From: a virus
Reading direction: 5' to 3' (one strand)
Virus record (IMG/VR): IMGVR_UViG_3300022744_000039
Location: 1-50,989 of that record
Length of the DNA stretch: 50,989 nt
Positions within the stretch are counted from its first letter, which is position 1. The number at the start of each line of letters is the position of its first letter. Position numbers and translations under genes: made by a program. The notes under the pieces are model-generated. The model saw only the letters and a program-made list of their open reading frames with translations. It did no database searches and had not been told where the DNA came from. Below, one piece after another: positions 15,452 through 24,462 of the stretch.

Positions 15452-15999
15452 TTGCTTGTGAGTATAGTGGTACAGTAAGAGACGCGTTCAACGCGAAGGG
15501 TCATGAGGCAATGTCTTGTGACCTTTTGCCGTCTGAAAGTCCGGCTGGCATTCACTATCAGGGTGATGTTTTCGATATCATTGACAAAGGTTGGGACCTG
15601 ATGATTGCGCATCCACCTTGTACACATTTAGCTGTCAGCGGTTCACGGTGGTTTAAGGACAAGAAGGATGAACAGGAAGAAGCACTCGATTTTGTTAGGC
15701 GTCTGCTCGCTGCACCCGTACCGCACATTGCCATCGAGAATCCAGTCAGTGTTATTTCGACACGCATCCGAAAGCCAGACCAATACATCCAACCTTGGCA
15801 ATTTGGGCATGGAGAGACTAAAAAGACTGGCCTATGGCTTAAAGGACTTCCGAAGCTCGTACCTACCGATATCGTTGAAGGACGAGAGCCACGAGTTCAT
15901 TATATGTCGCCGGGACCGGATCGGTGGCGAGAACGTAGTCGTACTTACACTGGAATAGCTGCCGCCATGGCAGAACAATGGGGATCAATTGAAGACTAA
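15439..15999 (+). CDS. Short DNA (cytosine-5) methyltransferase-like protein (186 aa)
   Basis: VLVACEYSGTVRDAF resembles motif I, MIAHPPCTHLAVSG carries the motif IV PC dipeptide, and IAIENPVS resembles motif VI. No target-recognition domain is present. Confidence 0.55.
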   Translation: MRVLVACEYSGTVRDAFNAKGHEAMSCDLLPSESPAGIHYQGDVFDIIDKGWDLMIAHPPCTHLAVSGSRWFKDKKDEQEEALDFVRRLLAAPVPHIAIENPVSVISTRIRKPDQYIQPWQFGHGETKKTGLWLKGLPKLVPTDIVEGREPRVHYMSPGPDRWRERSRTYTGIAAAMAEQWGSIED

Positions 16000-17893
16000 T
16001 TATCAAGAGTTCATTGCGCTTAGCCGATACGCACGATGGATCGAAGAAGAAAATCGGCGAGAGACTTGGGAAGAAACAGTACGACGTTACGTTGATAATG
16101 TGATCATTCCACGCTTGGGTGAAACAGGAAAGGTCGATAGTTCAACAATTGTCGAAATTGAAAAAGCTATCATTTCCCTAGAGGTCCTGCCATCTATGCG
16201 GGCTCTTATGACTGCTGGCCCGGCCCTAGACCGTTGCAACGTCGCTGGTTATAACTGTGCTTATCTGCCGGTAGACAGTCCCCGAGCCTTTGACGAGGCT
16301 ATGTATATCCTTATGTGTGGTACAGGAGTTGGGTTTAGTGTTGAAGAAAAGTATGTTGGACAGCTTCCCACTGTTAACGAGCACTTCGAAACGTCTGAAT
16401 CAGTTGTGCGAATCTCAGACAGTAAGTCCGGATGGGCTAAAGGACTTAGAGAACTTATTGCGCTACTGTATACAGGCCAAGTGCCCTCTTGGGACACTTC
16501 CGCCGTACGTCCGGCTGGAGCCCGTCTTAAGACATTTGGAGGACGCGCGTCTGGACCTGGCCCGCTCATTGACCTCTTTGAATTTGTCTGCGAGACATTT
16601 AAACGCTCTGCTGGTCGGAAACTAACGTCCCTTGAGTGTCATGACATCATGTGCAAGATTGGTGAGGTCGTCGTTGTCGGTGGCGTCCGTCGCAGTGCCA
16701 TGATTAGTCTTAGTAACCTTACCGACGAACGGATGCGTAATGCAAAACACGGAAACTGGTGGCAAGAAAACGTCCAACGAGCTTTGTCTAATAACAGCGC
16801 TTGTTACACCGAACGACCAGATGTTGGGGTCTTTCTCAAGGAGTGGTCATCTCTATATGAGTCCCGAAGCGGTGAACGTGGTATCTTCAACCGTCAAGCC
16901 TCACAACGACAAGCTGCCCGCAATGGCCGCCGCAATGCAGAAATTGACTTCGGAACTAACCCATGTAGTGAGATCATTCTTCGACCCTATCAATTTTGTA
17001 ACCTCACCGAAGTCGTTGTCCGAGCCGAGGACGACCTTGACTCCCTACGGAAGAAAGTTCGACTAGCTACGATCCTTGGGACGATTCAGTCGACTCTGAC
17101 TGATTTCAAGTATCTGCGAAAGGTCTGGCGTGACAACACTGAAGAAGAGCGCCTGCTTGGTGTGTCTCTCACTGGTATTCTGGATCATCCTACCCTATTT
17201 GCTGATCCCGATAGCTTGGCTAATCTACGTGATTATGCGGTTGAAGTAAATGCTGAGTTTGCTAATATTCTCAGCATTCCAGTGTCTACTGCTATTACTT
17301 GCGTTAAGCCTTCTGGCACAGTCTCACAGCTTGTTGATTCAGCATCTGGGATTCATCCTCGTTGGTCTCCTTATTATCTCCGCTCTGTAAGGGCAGATAA
17401 CAAAGACCCACTCACCCGCTTCCTTATTGACCAAGGTGTCCCGTATGAAGCAGACGTCACGAAACCAGAGACTACTACTGTCTTCTACTTTCCTCAAAAG
17501 TCTCCAGACAATGCAAGGGTTCGCCGTGAACTTAGTGCCGTCGAGCACCTTGAAATCTGGAAGACAATCCAAGAGCATTGGTGCGAACACAAGCCGTCGA
17601 TCACGGTCAATGTAAGGGAGAGTGAGTGGCTTGAAGTTGGTGCTTGGGTCTATGAGAACTTTGATGTTCTTAGTGGTGTATCATTCCTGCCGATGGATGA
17701 ACATACTTATCGACAGGCACCTTACCAAGAGATTACGGAAGACGAGTATAATGATTGGGTTTCAAAGATGCCTCAATCAATTAACTGGTCATATCTTTCA
17801 CAATACGAAGTGGAAGACACTACCTCCGGGTCTCAGGAACTCGCTTGTTCTGGGGGAGTGTGTGAAGTAGTTGAAATCGGACGCGTAAGTTAG
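15989..17893 (+). CDS. nrdJ: Class II (adenosylcobalamin-dependent) ribonucleotide reductase
   Basis: Active-site stretch TNPCSEIILRPYQFCNLTEV, C-terminal redox pair ACSGGVCE and a single-chain size of 634 aa. The TTG start overlaps the upstream stop. Confidence 0.85.
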   Translation: MKTNYQEFIALSRYARWIEEENRRETWEETVRRYVDNVIIPRLGETGKVDSSTIVEIEKAIISLEVLPSMRALMTAGPALDRCNVAGYNCAYLPVDSPRAFDEAMYILMCGTGVGFSVEEKYVGQLPTVNEHFETSESVVRISDSKSGWAKGLRELIALLYTGQVPSWDTSAVRPAGARLKTFGGRASGPGPLIDLFEFVCETFKRSAGRKLTSLECHDIMCKIGEVVVVGGVRRSAMISLSNLTDERMRNAKHGNWWQENVQRALSNNSACYTERPDVGVFLKEWSSLYESRSGERGIFNRQASQRQAARNGRRNAEIDFGTNPCSEIILRPYQFCNLTEVVVRAEDDLDSLRKKVRLATILGTIQSTLTDFKYLRKVWRDNTEEERLLGVSLTGILDHPTLFADPDSLANLRDYAVEVNAEFANILSIPVSTAITCVKPSGTVSQLVDSASGIHPRWSPYYLRSVRADNKDPLTRFLIDQGVPYEADVTKPETTTVFYFPQKSPDNARVRRELSAVEHLEIWKTIQEHWCEHKPSITVNVRESEWLEVGAWVYENFDVLSGVSFLPMDEHTYRQAPYQEITEDEYNDWVSKMPQSINWSYLSQYEVEDTTSGSQELACSGGVCEVVEIGRVS

Positions 17894-17895
17894 AC

Positions 17896-17937
17896 AAAGA
17901 AAAACCCCCTCGGAGTAATCCTTGGGGGTTTCTTTTT
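17896..17937. terminator. Bidirectional intrinsic terminator where the two arms converge
   Basis: AAAGAAAAACCCCC-tcggagtaatcct-TGGGGGTTTCTTTTT. An 8-bp G/C-rich stem is flanked by an A-run and a T-run, between the stop codons of nrdJ (+) and the holin gene (-). Confidence 0.85.
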
Positions 17938-18409
17938 AATGCAGCCAATCAGGAAGGATTGACTTTGATTTCTTTTTTGGAGGTTCTGTGGGTGGCCGCC
18001 CAAGAGAGCCTGTGGCCACACCGGCGACCTTCTCGTAGGTTCTCATTCCGGCAACGCCAAGCATCGCCAATACAACCGGAAGAATTTGGTCCGTGGGAAC
18101 AGCAGGTAGCTCTGTTAGACGGAACACAGACTTCGCAATCGGAGCGATAATCCAGGTGTAACCTAGGGCCGAAGCGCCTACCCATCCAATAGCAGGACGC
18201 CAACCGGCGACAAAGATATTACCCGATGCAGCCTCAATTTTATTTACCTCGATCTGTCCGGACAGAAGTTCAGCATTGCGCTCGTCAGCTTTATCTGCTA
18301 ATTCAGCGAACTTCAGATCAATATCCATACGCTTGTCGGCATCTGGTACCAGCTCGCGCACAGTTGCTCCGACTTCTCGAATCACATCACCCAAAATTGG
18401 GATAGTCAT
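17936..18409 (-). CDS. Holin-like membrane protein (GTA-type 3-TM holin family-like)
   Basis: FVAGWRPAIGWVGASALGYTWIIAPI plus further hydrophobic segments. It is the last gene of the late arm, adjacent to the endolysin. Confidence 0.5.
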   Translation of the reverse strand: MTIPILGDVIREVGATVRELVPDADKRMDIDLKFAELADKADERNAELLSGQIEVNKIEAASGNIFVAGWRPAIGWVGASALGYTWIIAPIAKSVFRLTELPAVPTDQILPVVLAMLGVAGMRTYEKVAGVATGSLGRPPTEPPKKKSKSILPDWLH

Positions 18410-18993
18410 CCTAGGTACTCCTTACCTTTTTCGAACTTTAGGCGGACAGCATTTGCTGCTTCCGCTTTTGTTATATAACCGTTCTTGTCCCTATCAAGGC
18501 CAGCGTTTTGTCGATATGTTACTCCGCCCCTTACGAACAACTGGTACGTGTCCGGTTTTCCGATAGCACTTGGCCACAAGATTGCCATGTAGAGATCAGA
18601 GAGACTATTTATCCGCCCCTTGTTGGGTTCGAAGTATTTGTAGACGAACTTGAGTTGATCCTCCGGAGTCAAGAGGGCGAGTTCCGGACAACTGGTCCCA
18701 AGAGCTTTGGCGGTGGATGGCATAAATTGAATGAGCCCAACTGCCCCACTTCCAGCAGCATTCTTGACGCTCGAACTGAATGTCTCTCCAGACTCGAACG
18801 CCATACATGCCATCAACCAGTTTGGATCAAAACCAAGTTCGTTCGCAATCCATTTCACACGGTCTTTAAAGACTGTCGAAACTTTGCGACCCCAGATTAG
18901 CTGATCACTGGGTGAACTTGTATCTGTCGTCTCGTTTTCTAACTCATCTAGGGCAGCTTTAAGGAGCTGTTTTAGCCGCTCAGTGTTCATCAT
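18406..18993 (-). CDS. Endolysin, lytic transglycosylase-like, with a C-terminal EF-hand-like loop
   Basis: ACMAFESGETFS carries the candidate catalytic Glu, and GAVGLIQFMPSTAKALG is SLT-like. The C-terminal loop is DRDKNGYITKAE. Confidence 0.6.
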   Translation of the reverse strand: MMNTERLKQLLKAALDELENETTDTSSPSDQLIWGRKVSTVFKDRVKWIANELGFDPNWLMACMAFESGETFSSSVKNAAGSGAVGLIQFMPSTAKALGTSCPELALLTPEDQLKFVYKYFEPNKGRINSLSDLYMAILWPSAIGKPDTYQLFVRGGVTYRQNAGLDRDKNGYITKAEAANAVRLKFEKGKEYLG

Positions 18994-21620
18994 TAGGCTT
19001 TCGGATAAGCACCAACAGCGTCACCGGTGACATAACTCGCCCCATTCAGACCTTTCGGGAATGCCAGAAGATTAGTTGTAGTGATCATCCCAATAGCTCC
19101 ATTCCCTGTTGTCGGGGTATACGTTCCATCGCCAGTTTTCGGAGAACCAAAGAACGATTTATCTGCTGTAAAGTTTCGTCCAAGAGGTGTAACGGATGTC
19201 GGACGAAGATCATTCTGTCCCCAAGCTTCTCCGATGTTATTGCCCGGACCTGCGTTGTAGTTGAACGATCCTGCCGTTCCGGGAATGAAGTTGTAAGACC
19301 AATCGACATGGTATCTTAGAAGCAAGTTACCAATCTTCGTCTCTGAAGACGTGGTATCATCCCGATAATCTCCCTTGTGGTTGATATCGTCCATCCAGTT
19401 AAACCCGCCGAAGAGATACTTATAAGCGAATCCGGCATTGTTATAACCGATATTAGGTCCATCACCAACAATAGTGTTCCAAGCAAAATGGATTTCACTG
19501 ATGGGTGTGGCATTAGAGTCACCACTATAAGTGCCACCCTTGGCAGACCCAGTGCCGGGATTACCCGTACCATCAGTAGAGTAAGCCTCTACCAGATTCA
19601 TGATGAATGCACCGCGTTCAACGCGTTCCTTAGCAGTACCAGAGCTAGTACCATTAAAGCAACTAACACCGGTAGATAACAGACACCTCGGCCAAGTGTT
19701 AAACATGTAGCAGTTGAACTCATTCTCGACCAACGAACCGGTAGCTTCACCCCAAGCACGGGCGTCTACAGCACCAAGGTCAGGTGAACTGAAGGTGCTG
19801 GTACGTGTAAGCTGACATCCAATAAGAGCAACAGGGGCAATTTGTGCTTGACGGTTGACGCTTCGAATAGAACAACCGGCCATGTACTTTGTGACGGTAC
19901 GGCCAGACCCAGCACCAAACTTAGTGTTAACGTCGTCAAGTGTACAGTTTGCAAACCACATCATCCCAGGACGGTTAATCGGGTTCTGGGCTGAAGTACA
20001 AACTAACTGACAATTCTCATATCGTTGCTCGACAGCGAAGTCATTAGTGCCTGCAGTGGCAATACCGGTAGCAGCAACATTGTCAATAGCCGGAGACGAA
20101 GATGAAGCAGGTGTGAACTTAATGCCACGAATGATGGCCCTGTTAGGTCCTTGTTTGTCTGCTGTCGCCACACCCGCTGTCGGCTGGAAATTGACACTAC
20201 CGGGAGTAGCCAGAGGGTCAATTTCAATGATGAGAGGTGTACTGCCATAGGTCAGGCCCGACTGCATATTACCAGCAGATGCGGTGTTTCCCCATCCAGT
20301 ATCATACGCTGAACCTTTATCCTTCACTCGAATAATGCAAGTGCTATCAACAACACTACTATTTGCCGATTGAAGCGCTAGAGCCGCCTGACGAATTCCA
20401 GAGTATGGCGTATTTCGGGCTGTAGCAGCGTCTGTGCTGATTGCCGGAGCGGCACCAACCCCGTCGACATAAGCATAACGGATTGTCGGACTAGATTTTC
20501 GACTGAACGGAATGTACTTACCAACATTACCGGTTAAAGATTTGTTAGTTGCTAGGGTAGAAGTGCCGTAGCCATTTGTCTCAGTTGTATAAGCAGCACC
20601 ACGCCAAGGATAAGATTCCTCAAACAGATAATAGTCAGCGTTGTCTGTAGTACTCGACAGATCAATATCAGCAGAGAATACTTGAACAGTGTTTCCGCCA
20701 GTGTACAGTGTAGATACTGAAGTACTTGTTACAACAGTTGTAGATTGTACAGTTCCGCTGCCGTTCTTCACAATGAACTTGTGACAGGCGACTGGACGAG
20801 AATACCGAGCCGCATGGTGCCAGACAGCAGTTTCGACATGAAGAGTATTACCGACAAGTTGGCGACTAATGGTAAGAGGAACCAAGATAGGTTTTACAGG
20901 GGCTAGCGTCTGCGAGTGGGTTTTAGTCGCATTAACATAAACAGACGAGTTAGATGTCCCGTATGTATTTGCTCCAACATTGTGCGTCCTGATGATAGCA
21001 CCGGTCGGGATACTATGAGACAAAACCCCATAGATGGTTGTATTGCCTCCGCTTGTTGTCTCCATATAAGTGGAGAACGCATCTTCTGTTACAGACGTAT
21101 TATCTGTAGGGTTACCTAGGTAGAGCCATTTGTACCCATCAGACAAGATACCAGTATCGGTAACCCCGGCTGTACCTCCTGTCGTCGGAGCAACAGTAGA
21201 CAACGTAGGGGCCGCAGACGTCAACAGACGATACATATAACCCTTGGATGAGACACGATTAGAGCGGATGTCACCGACACTAAAGGTTGCTGAGGCCCAA
21301 TCTTTAGGGAAGGGCATACGCAACCAACCGTTTAGATACACAGTCTCAGTTACAGTTGTGCTGTTTCCCGAGCTGTCATAACCGGGATAATCAACTTGAA
21401 AACTGACCTGAGTGTGGTCTCTCGATAGACCTCCAGCCATGCCCTTAAATGTAAGAGCAACAACTCGCCCGTTGGGGTCTACGTTATTTGTGGGTGCAGT
21501 GACAATAGGTGTTGACCCTAGGACTTCAATAGTCATAAGGTCATTTGTTCCAGGATCACGATAGACCGGCCCCATAGGAGGGGCCGACATCATATAACCA
21601 ACGCGAGAAAGTTGAGGCAT
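18993..21620 (-). CDS. Tailspike / tail fibre protein (875 aa), probably a beta-helix
   Basis: Its size and its position before the lysis genes support the call. It is T/S/G/N-rich, with periodically spaced Cys in the segment NCQLVCTS...FANCTLDD...AGCSIRS...IGCQLTRT. This periodicity is typical of parallel beta-helix depolymerases. Confidence 0.5.
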   Translation of the reverse strand: MPQLSRVGYMMSAPPMGPVYRDPGTNDLMTIEVLGSTPIVTAPTNNVDPNGRVVALTFKGMAGGLSRDHTQVSFQVDYPGYDSSGNSTTVTETVYLNGWLRMPFPKDWASATFSVGDIRSNRVSSKGYMYRLLTSAAPTLSTVAPTTGGTAGVTDTGILSDGYKWLYLGNPTDNTSVTEDAFSTYMETTSGGNTTIYGVLSHSIPTGAIIRTHNVGANTYGTSNSSVYVNATKTHSQTLAPVKPILVPLTISRQLVGNTLHVETAVWHHAARYSRPVACHKFIVKNGSGTVQSTTVVTSTSVSTLYTGGNTVQVFSADIDLSSTTDNADYYLFEESYPWRGAAYTTETNGYGTSTLATNKSLTGNVGKYIPFSRKSSPTIRYAYVDGVGAAPAISTDAATARNTPYSGIRQAALALQSANSSVVDSTCIIRVKDKGSAYDTGWGNTASAGNMQSGLTYGSTPLIIEIDPLATPGSVNFQPTAGVATADKQGPNRAIIRGIKFTPASSSSPAIDNVAATGIATAGTNDFAVEQRYENCQLVCTSAQNPINRPGMMWFANCTLDDVNTKFGAGSGRTVTKYMAGCSIRSVNRQAQIAPVALIGCQLTRTSTFSSPDLGAVDARAWGEATGSLVENEFNCYMFNTWPRCLLSTGVSCFNGTSSGTAKERVERGAFIMNLVEAYSTDGTGNPGTGSAKGGTYSGDSNATPISEIHFAWNTIVGDGPNIGYNNAGFAYKYLFGGFNWMDDINHKGDYRDDTTSSETKIGNLLLRYHVDWSYNFIPGTAGSFNYNAGPGNNIGEAWGQNDLRPTSVTPLGRNFTADKSFFGSPKTGDGTYTPTTGNGAIGMITTTNLLAFPKGLNGASYVTGDAVGAYPKA

Positions 21621-21622
21621 TA

Positions 21623-21922
21623 TTAAGTAGTCGGGATAATGTGGACAGAACCGGCTGTAGTGTCTTGAATAGCGGCCAGCTTATGTGTTGGATCAATGCT
21701 GGCGTGGAACAAAGCTCCGGCCTTAAGCAGAATATTTCCTGCCGTATCTGCTGCAGCAGTCGGAGAAGTCCCAAATGTAATCCAAGCATCTTGAGTAGCA
21801 AAGATCAGTACTTCGCTGTATCCAATAGCGTTGGTTGTCGCTGCACTTGTGCCCGATGTAGTCCTTTTAACTGCCGCAGCCAGATTGTACTGACGGGTTG
21901 TAAGTTCACGAGGATTAGCCAT
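21623..21922 (-). CDS. Hypothetical protein (99 aa)
   Basis: ATG-initiated ORF immediately upstream of the tailspike gene. Confidence 0.5.
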   Translation of the reverse strand: MANPRELTTRQYNLAAAVKRTTSGTSAATTNAIGYSEVLIFATQDAWITFGTSPTAAADTAGNILLKAGALFHASIDPTHKLAAIQDTTAGSVHIIPTT

Positions 21923-22040
21923 ATTTTATAATTCCTGACTTAGCATTATGGATGATTTTCCGGACTGTTGAGTAATGTCTTCCACTCTCCGGATAGAGCA
22001 GTTGAAACAGTTGATGCTGATTGAATATACCCTCAGACAT
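21915..22040 (-). CDS. Possible small ORF (41 aa), not in the ORF track
   Basis: Hand translation gives MSEGIFNQHQLFQLLYPESGRHYSTVRKIIHNAKSGIIKYG. Its stop overlaps the ATG of the next gene, and it fills an otherwise empty 131-nt gap. The ribosome-binding site is weak. Confidence 0.3.
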   Translation of the reverse strand: MSEGIFNQHQLFQLLYPESGRHYSTVRKIIHNAKSGIIKYG

Positions 22041-22053
22041 CAACTGTCTTGTT

Positions 22054-24462
22054 TTAACGTAGAGTGAAGAATCGGGTGTCACCGAAGTCTACTCCTGTTC
22101 CGTTGTCCCACGAAGGCTTCTCACGACCAAGGGTGGCTTGAGCCTTAGGTGCATAAAAGTGCGTATATGGGTCACGCTTTGTGTCTCCTGTAAGCAGTGG
22201 TGCAATCATTTGCATAACTCGTAGGTACTCCTTGCTGGTAGGACTAATAGACAACAGACGGGCCCGAGTTTCATTATTACCCCACGGCTCAAATTGCCAT
22301 GTCTTGCCATCGTTGGCTAGAACCACATCAGGGACCTTATTGATATCACCACCGGCTCTATTAAGGACCACAGAGGCGATCCGTGTGGCGTTCTTCGGGT
22401 CTTCACCGATTACAGTACGGACAAGAGCATCGACCGGAGACGAGAACCGAATATCACTGATATTCACCGGTTCAACCTTAGTTCCATCCTTCTGAAGTTG
22501 AGTGCGGAACTTGTCGACTTCTTGAGTAAACTGTTCGTCACTGGTCAGCATAGGTTTACCATTCACCTTAGCAAACGGGGTACCGAGGGCATAGTGCTTG
22601 TACAATTGTTCAGAGGTTACACCCTTCGGTACAGACTCATCGTACTGAGCAGTATGGACAAGATGCGTAAGACTAAGATTAAGAATGTTCAGCTTGTCTT
22701 GTGTTGCCTTAGAGGGTGTAGCGGCATCTTTATAGCTTTGGTAAAGACGACCACCGCCCATTTCCATTTGACGAGTAGAACTTCCACGCCACCGTTCCCA
22801 ACCTTGTCGATCAAAGACAGCTCGATAACCAGAACCAGTAAACTCAATCTTCATAAAAGGCTTGTCAGTTGTGGTGTAGTCTGCACCTTTAGCTACCGTC
22901 AATGCTGTAGCAGCGGAGCCACGGGATGCAATTGCCATGGCCTTACCTTGTTCTGCATAGTCCGGGGAAGCAATTAGACGTGCAAGCACTGTGCGCGCAC
23001 CACGAGAGGCGATGAGCTGCGTACCCTTGGACAAGGATGATAGATTACGTTGACCCGGCTGAACTTCGGAGGCTGCATCAAGCAGAACAGTATAGGCATT
23101 AGACCAATTACTGACCGTAGTATGATCTAGGTTTTCGCCATTAGTAAGAATGGCACCCTGAAGATTAGCGACAGTAGTAGCCATAGCGGGCATCTGAGCA
23201 ATCGCTTCTTCTTCGGTCAGGTCCTTAAGACCAAGTTGTCCTTTAAGAATCGCTGAAAGCTTTGCCAAGTGAGCACGTCCACGAGACGCATCCGGAGTTT
23301 GATATCCTTGAATCTCGGCTGTGACCTGTTTCATGATCTCGGGCTTGAACGGAGGTTGCCCGGCGGCAAACCAACTATTAACCGTCTCTCGACCAAACAC
23401 TGTAGACAAATCAGTGTAGGTTCTCATCGACGTAGCAGCGTTGACCTTGGCGAGATTGCCGATGTGTTCAACCGCCTGTCGCGTCTGATTATAAGACGTA
23501 AGAGTGCCGCTGAATTGATCCTCAAGCATCTTCTTAGCTCGGTCATACTCTTGGTTGACCTGACTAATAGTGTCCTTTGTAGCCGCAGTTCCGAGTTGAC
23601 TTAGAGCGTTCTGTCGATCTGTTTCGACCTTATTGAGCATCAAAGGCGCGAGTTCAGAAAGCTTCTTTTCTTTTTCTGAGTCACCAACGGCTCCGCCAAC
23701 CAGACTATGAAGAACAGGCATCCACTCATTCATTTGAGTTTGAATACGAGCGTTGATAACACCGACCGCATCACGATCAAGTTGACCTTGGTTAAATGTT
23801 TCTTCGGCTCGACCCTCAGCAGCAGCTTTTTGTTGAGCCTCAGCAAGTGCCCTGATCTCTTCTAGACGTTTATCTTGGTATCGGAGAAGCATCCCAAGGT
23901 CTCGATTGTGTTCGAAAGACTTATCAGGATTACCTAGACCTTGGTCGAAAGCATACTTATAGTCTGCTGTTCCAGCGGCCACCTCAGCAGTTTGTTGAGC
24001 TTCTTGAGCAGCAGCAGCAGCTTTAACTTCTCGGAATTGCCAATTATCCCAACCCTTTGCGTGCATATAGTCAACAATATCGTTCTTGTTCTCGGGGAAC
24101 TTATTGAACAGTTGACCAACAACAGCATCAAGATGGATATCAAGACGACCACTAGGGGCTCGTCCTTGATCTACAGCAGCCTTTGTTTTAGCTAGGTCCG
24201 CCGTAGCTCGTGACATTTCGTCATACCACGCTTGAGCTGTAGCATTCTCGGCAGCCGTTTTGAGGTTTGCCTTCTCCTCCGTACGAGCTGCACGTGCCTG
24301 AGTATCGGCGCGGTACGCACGAATTGCCTTATCATCCAACCCATCAAACAGGCTCGTCGCAGCCCCGGCAATCATACCGAGGGGCGACGGAGCATACTGC
24401 TTAGGTTGAGCCTGCGGTTGTCCTCGGCCAATAGAGTCTAGTGTACCAGTAAGACTAGCCAT
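22054..24462 (-). CDS. Internal virion / ejection protein with a C-terminal SleB-type cell-wall hydrolase domain
   Basis: The C-terminus TVIGEDPKNATRIASVVLNRAGG...WQFEPWGNN...THFYAP...DTRFFTL matches the Hydrolase_2 (SleB/CwlJ) pattern. The N-terminal part is long, A/Q/E-rich and helical. Confidence 0.7.
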   Translation of the reverse strand: MASLTGTLDSIGRGQPQAQPKQYAPSPLGMIAGAATSLFDGLDDKAIRAYRADTQARAARTEEKANLKTAAENATAQAWYDEMSRATADLAKTKAAVDQGRAPSGRLDIHLDAVVGQLFNKFPENKNDIVDYMHAKGWDNWQFREVKAAAAAQEAQQTAEVAAGTADYKYAFDQGLGNPDKSFEHNRDLGMLLRYQDKRLEEIRALAEAQQKAAAEGRAEETFNQGQLDRDAVGVINARIQTQMNEWMPVLHSLVGGAVGDSEKEKKLSELAPLMLNKVETDRQNALSQLGTAATKDTISQVNQEYDRAKKMLEDQFSGTLTSYNQTRQAVEHIGNLAKVNAATSMRTYTDLSTVFGRETVNSWFAAGQPPFKPEIMKQVTAEIQGYQTPDASRGRAHLAKLSAILKGQLGLKDLTEEEAIAQMPAMATTVANLQGAILTNGENLDHTTVSNWSNAYTVLLDAASEVQPGQRNLSSLSKGTQLIASRGARTVLARLIASPDYAEQGKAMAIASRGSAATALTVAKGADYTTTDKPFMKIEFTGSGYRAVFDRQGWERWRGSSTRQMEMGGGRLYQSYKDAATPSKATQDKLNILNLSLTHLVHTAQYDESVPKGVTSEQLYKHYALGTPFAKVNGKPMLTSDEQFTQEVDKFRTQLQKDGTKVEPVNISDIRFSSPVDALVRTVIGEDPKNATRIASVVLNRAGGDINKVPDVVLANDGKTWQFEPWGNNETRARLLSISPTSKEYLRVMQMIAPLLTGDTKRDPYTHFYAPKAQATLGREKPSWDNGTGVDFGDTRFFTLR

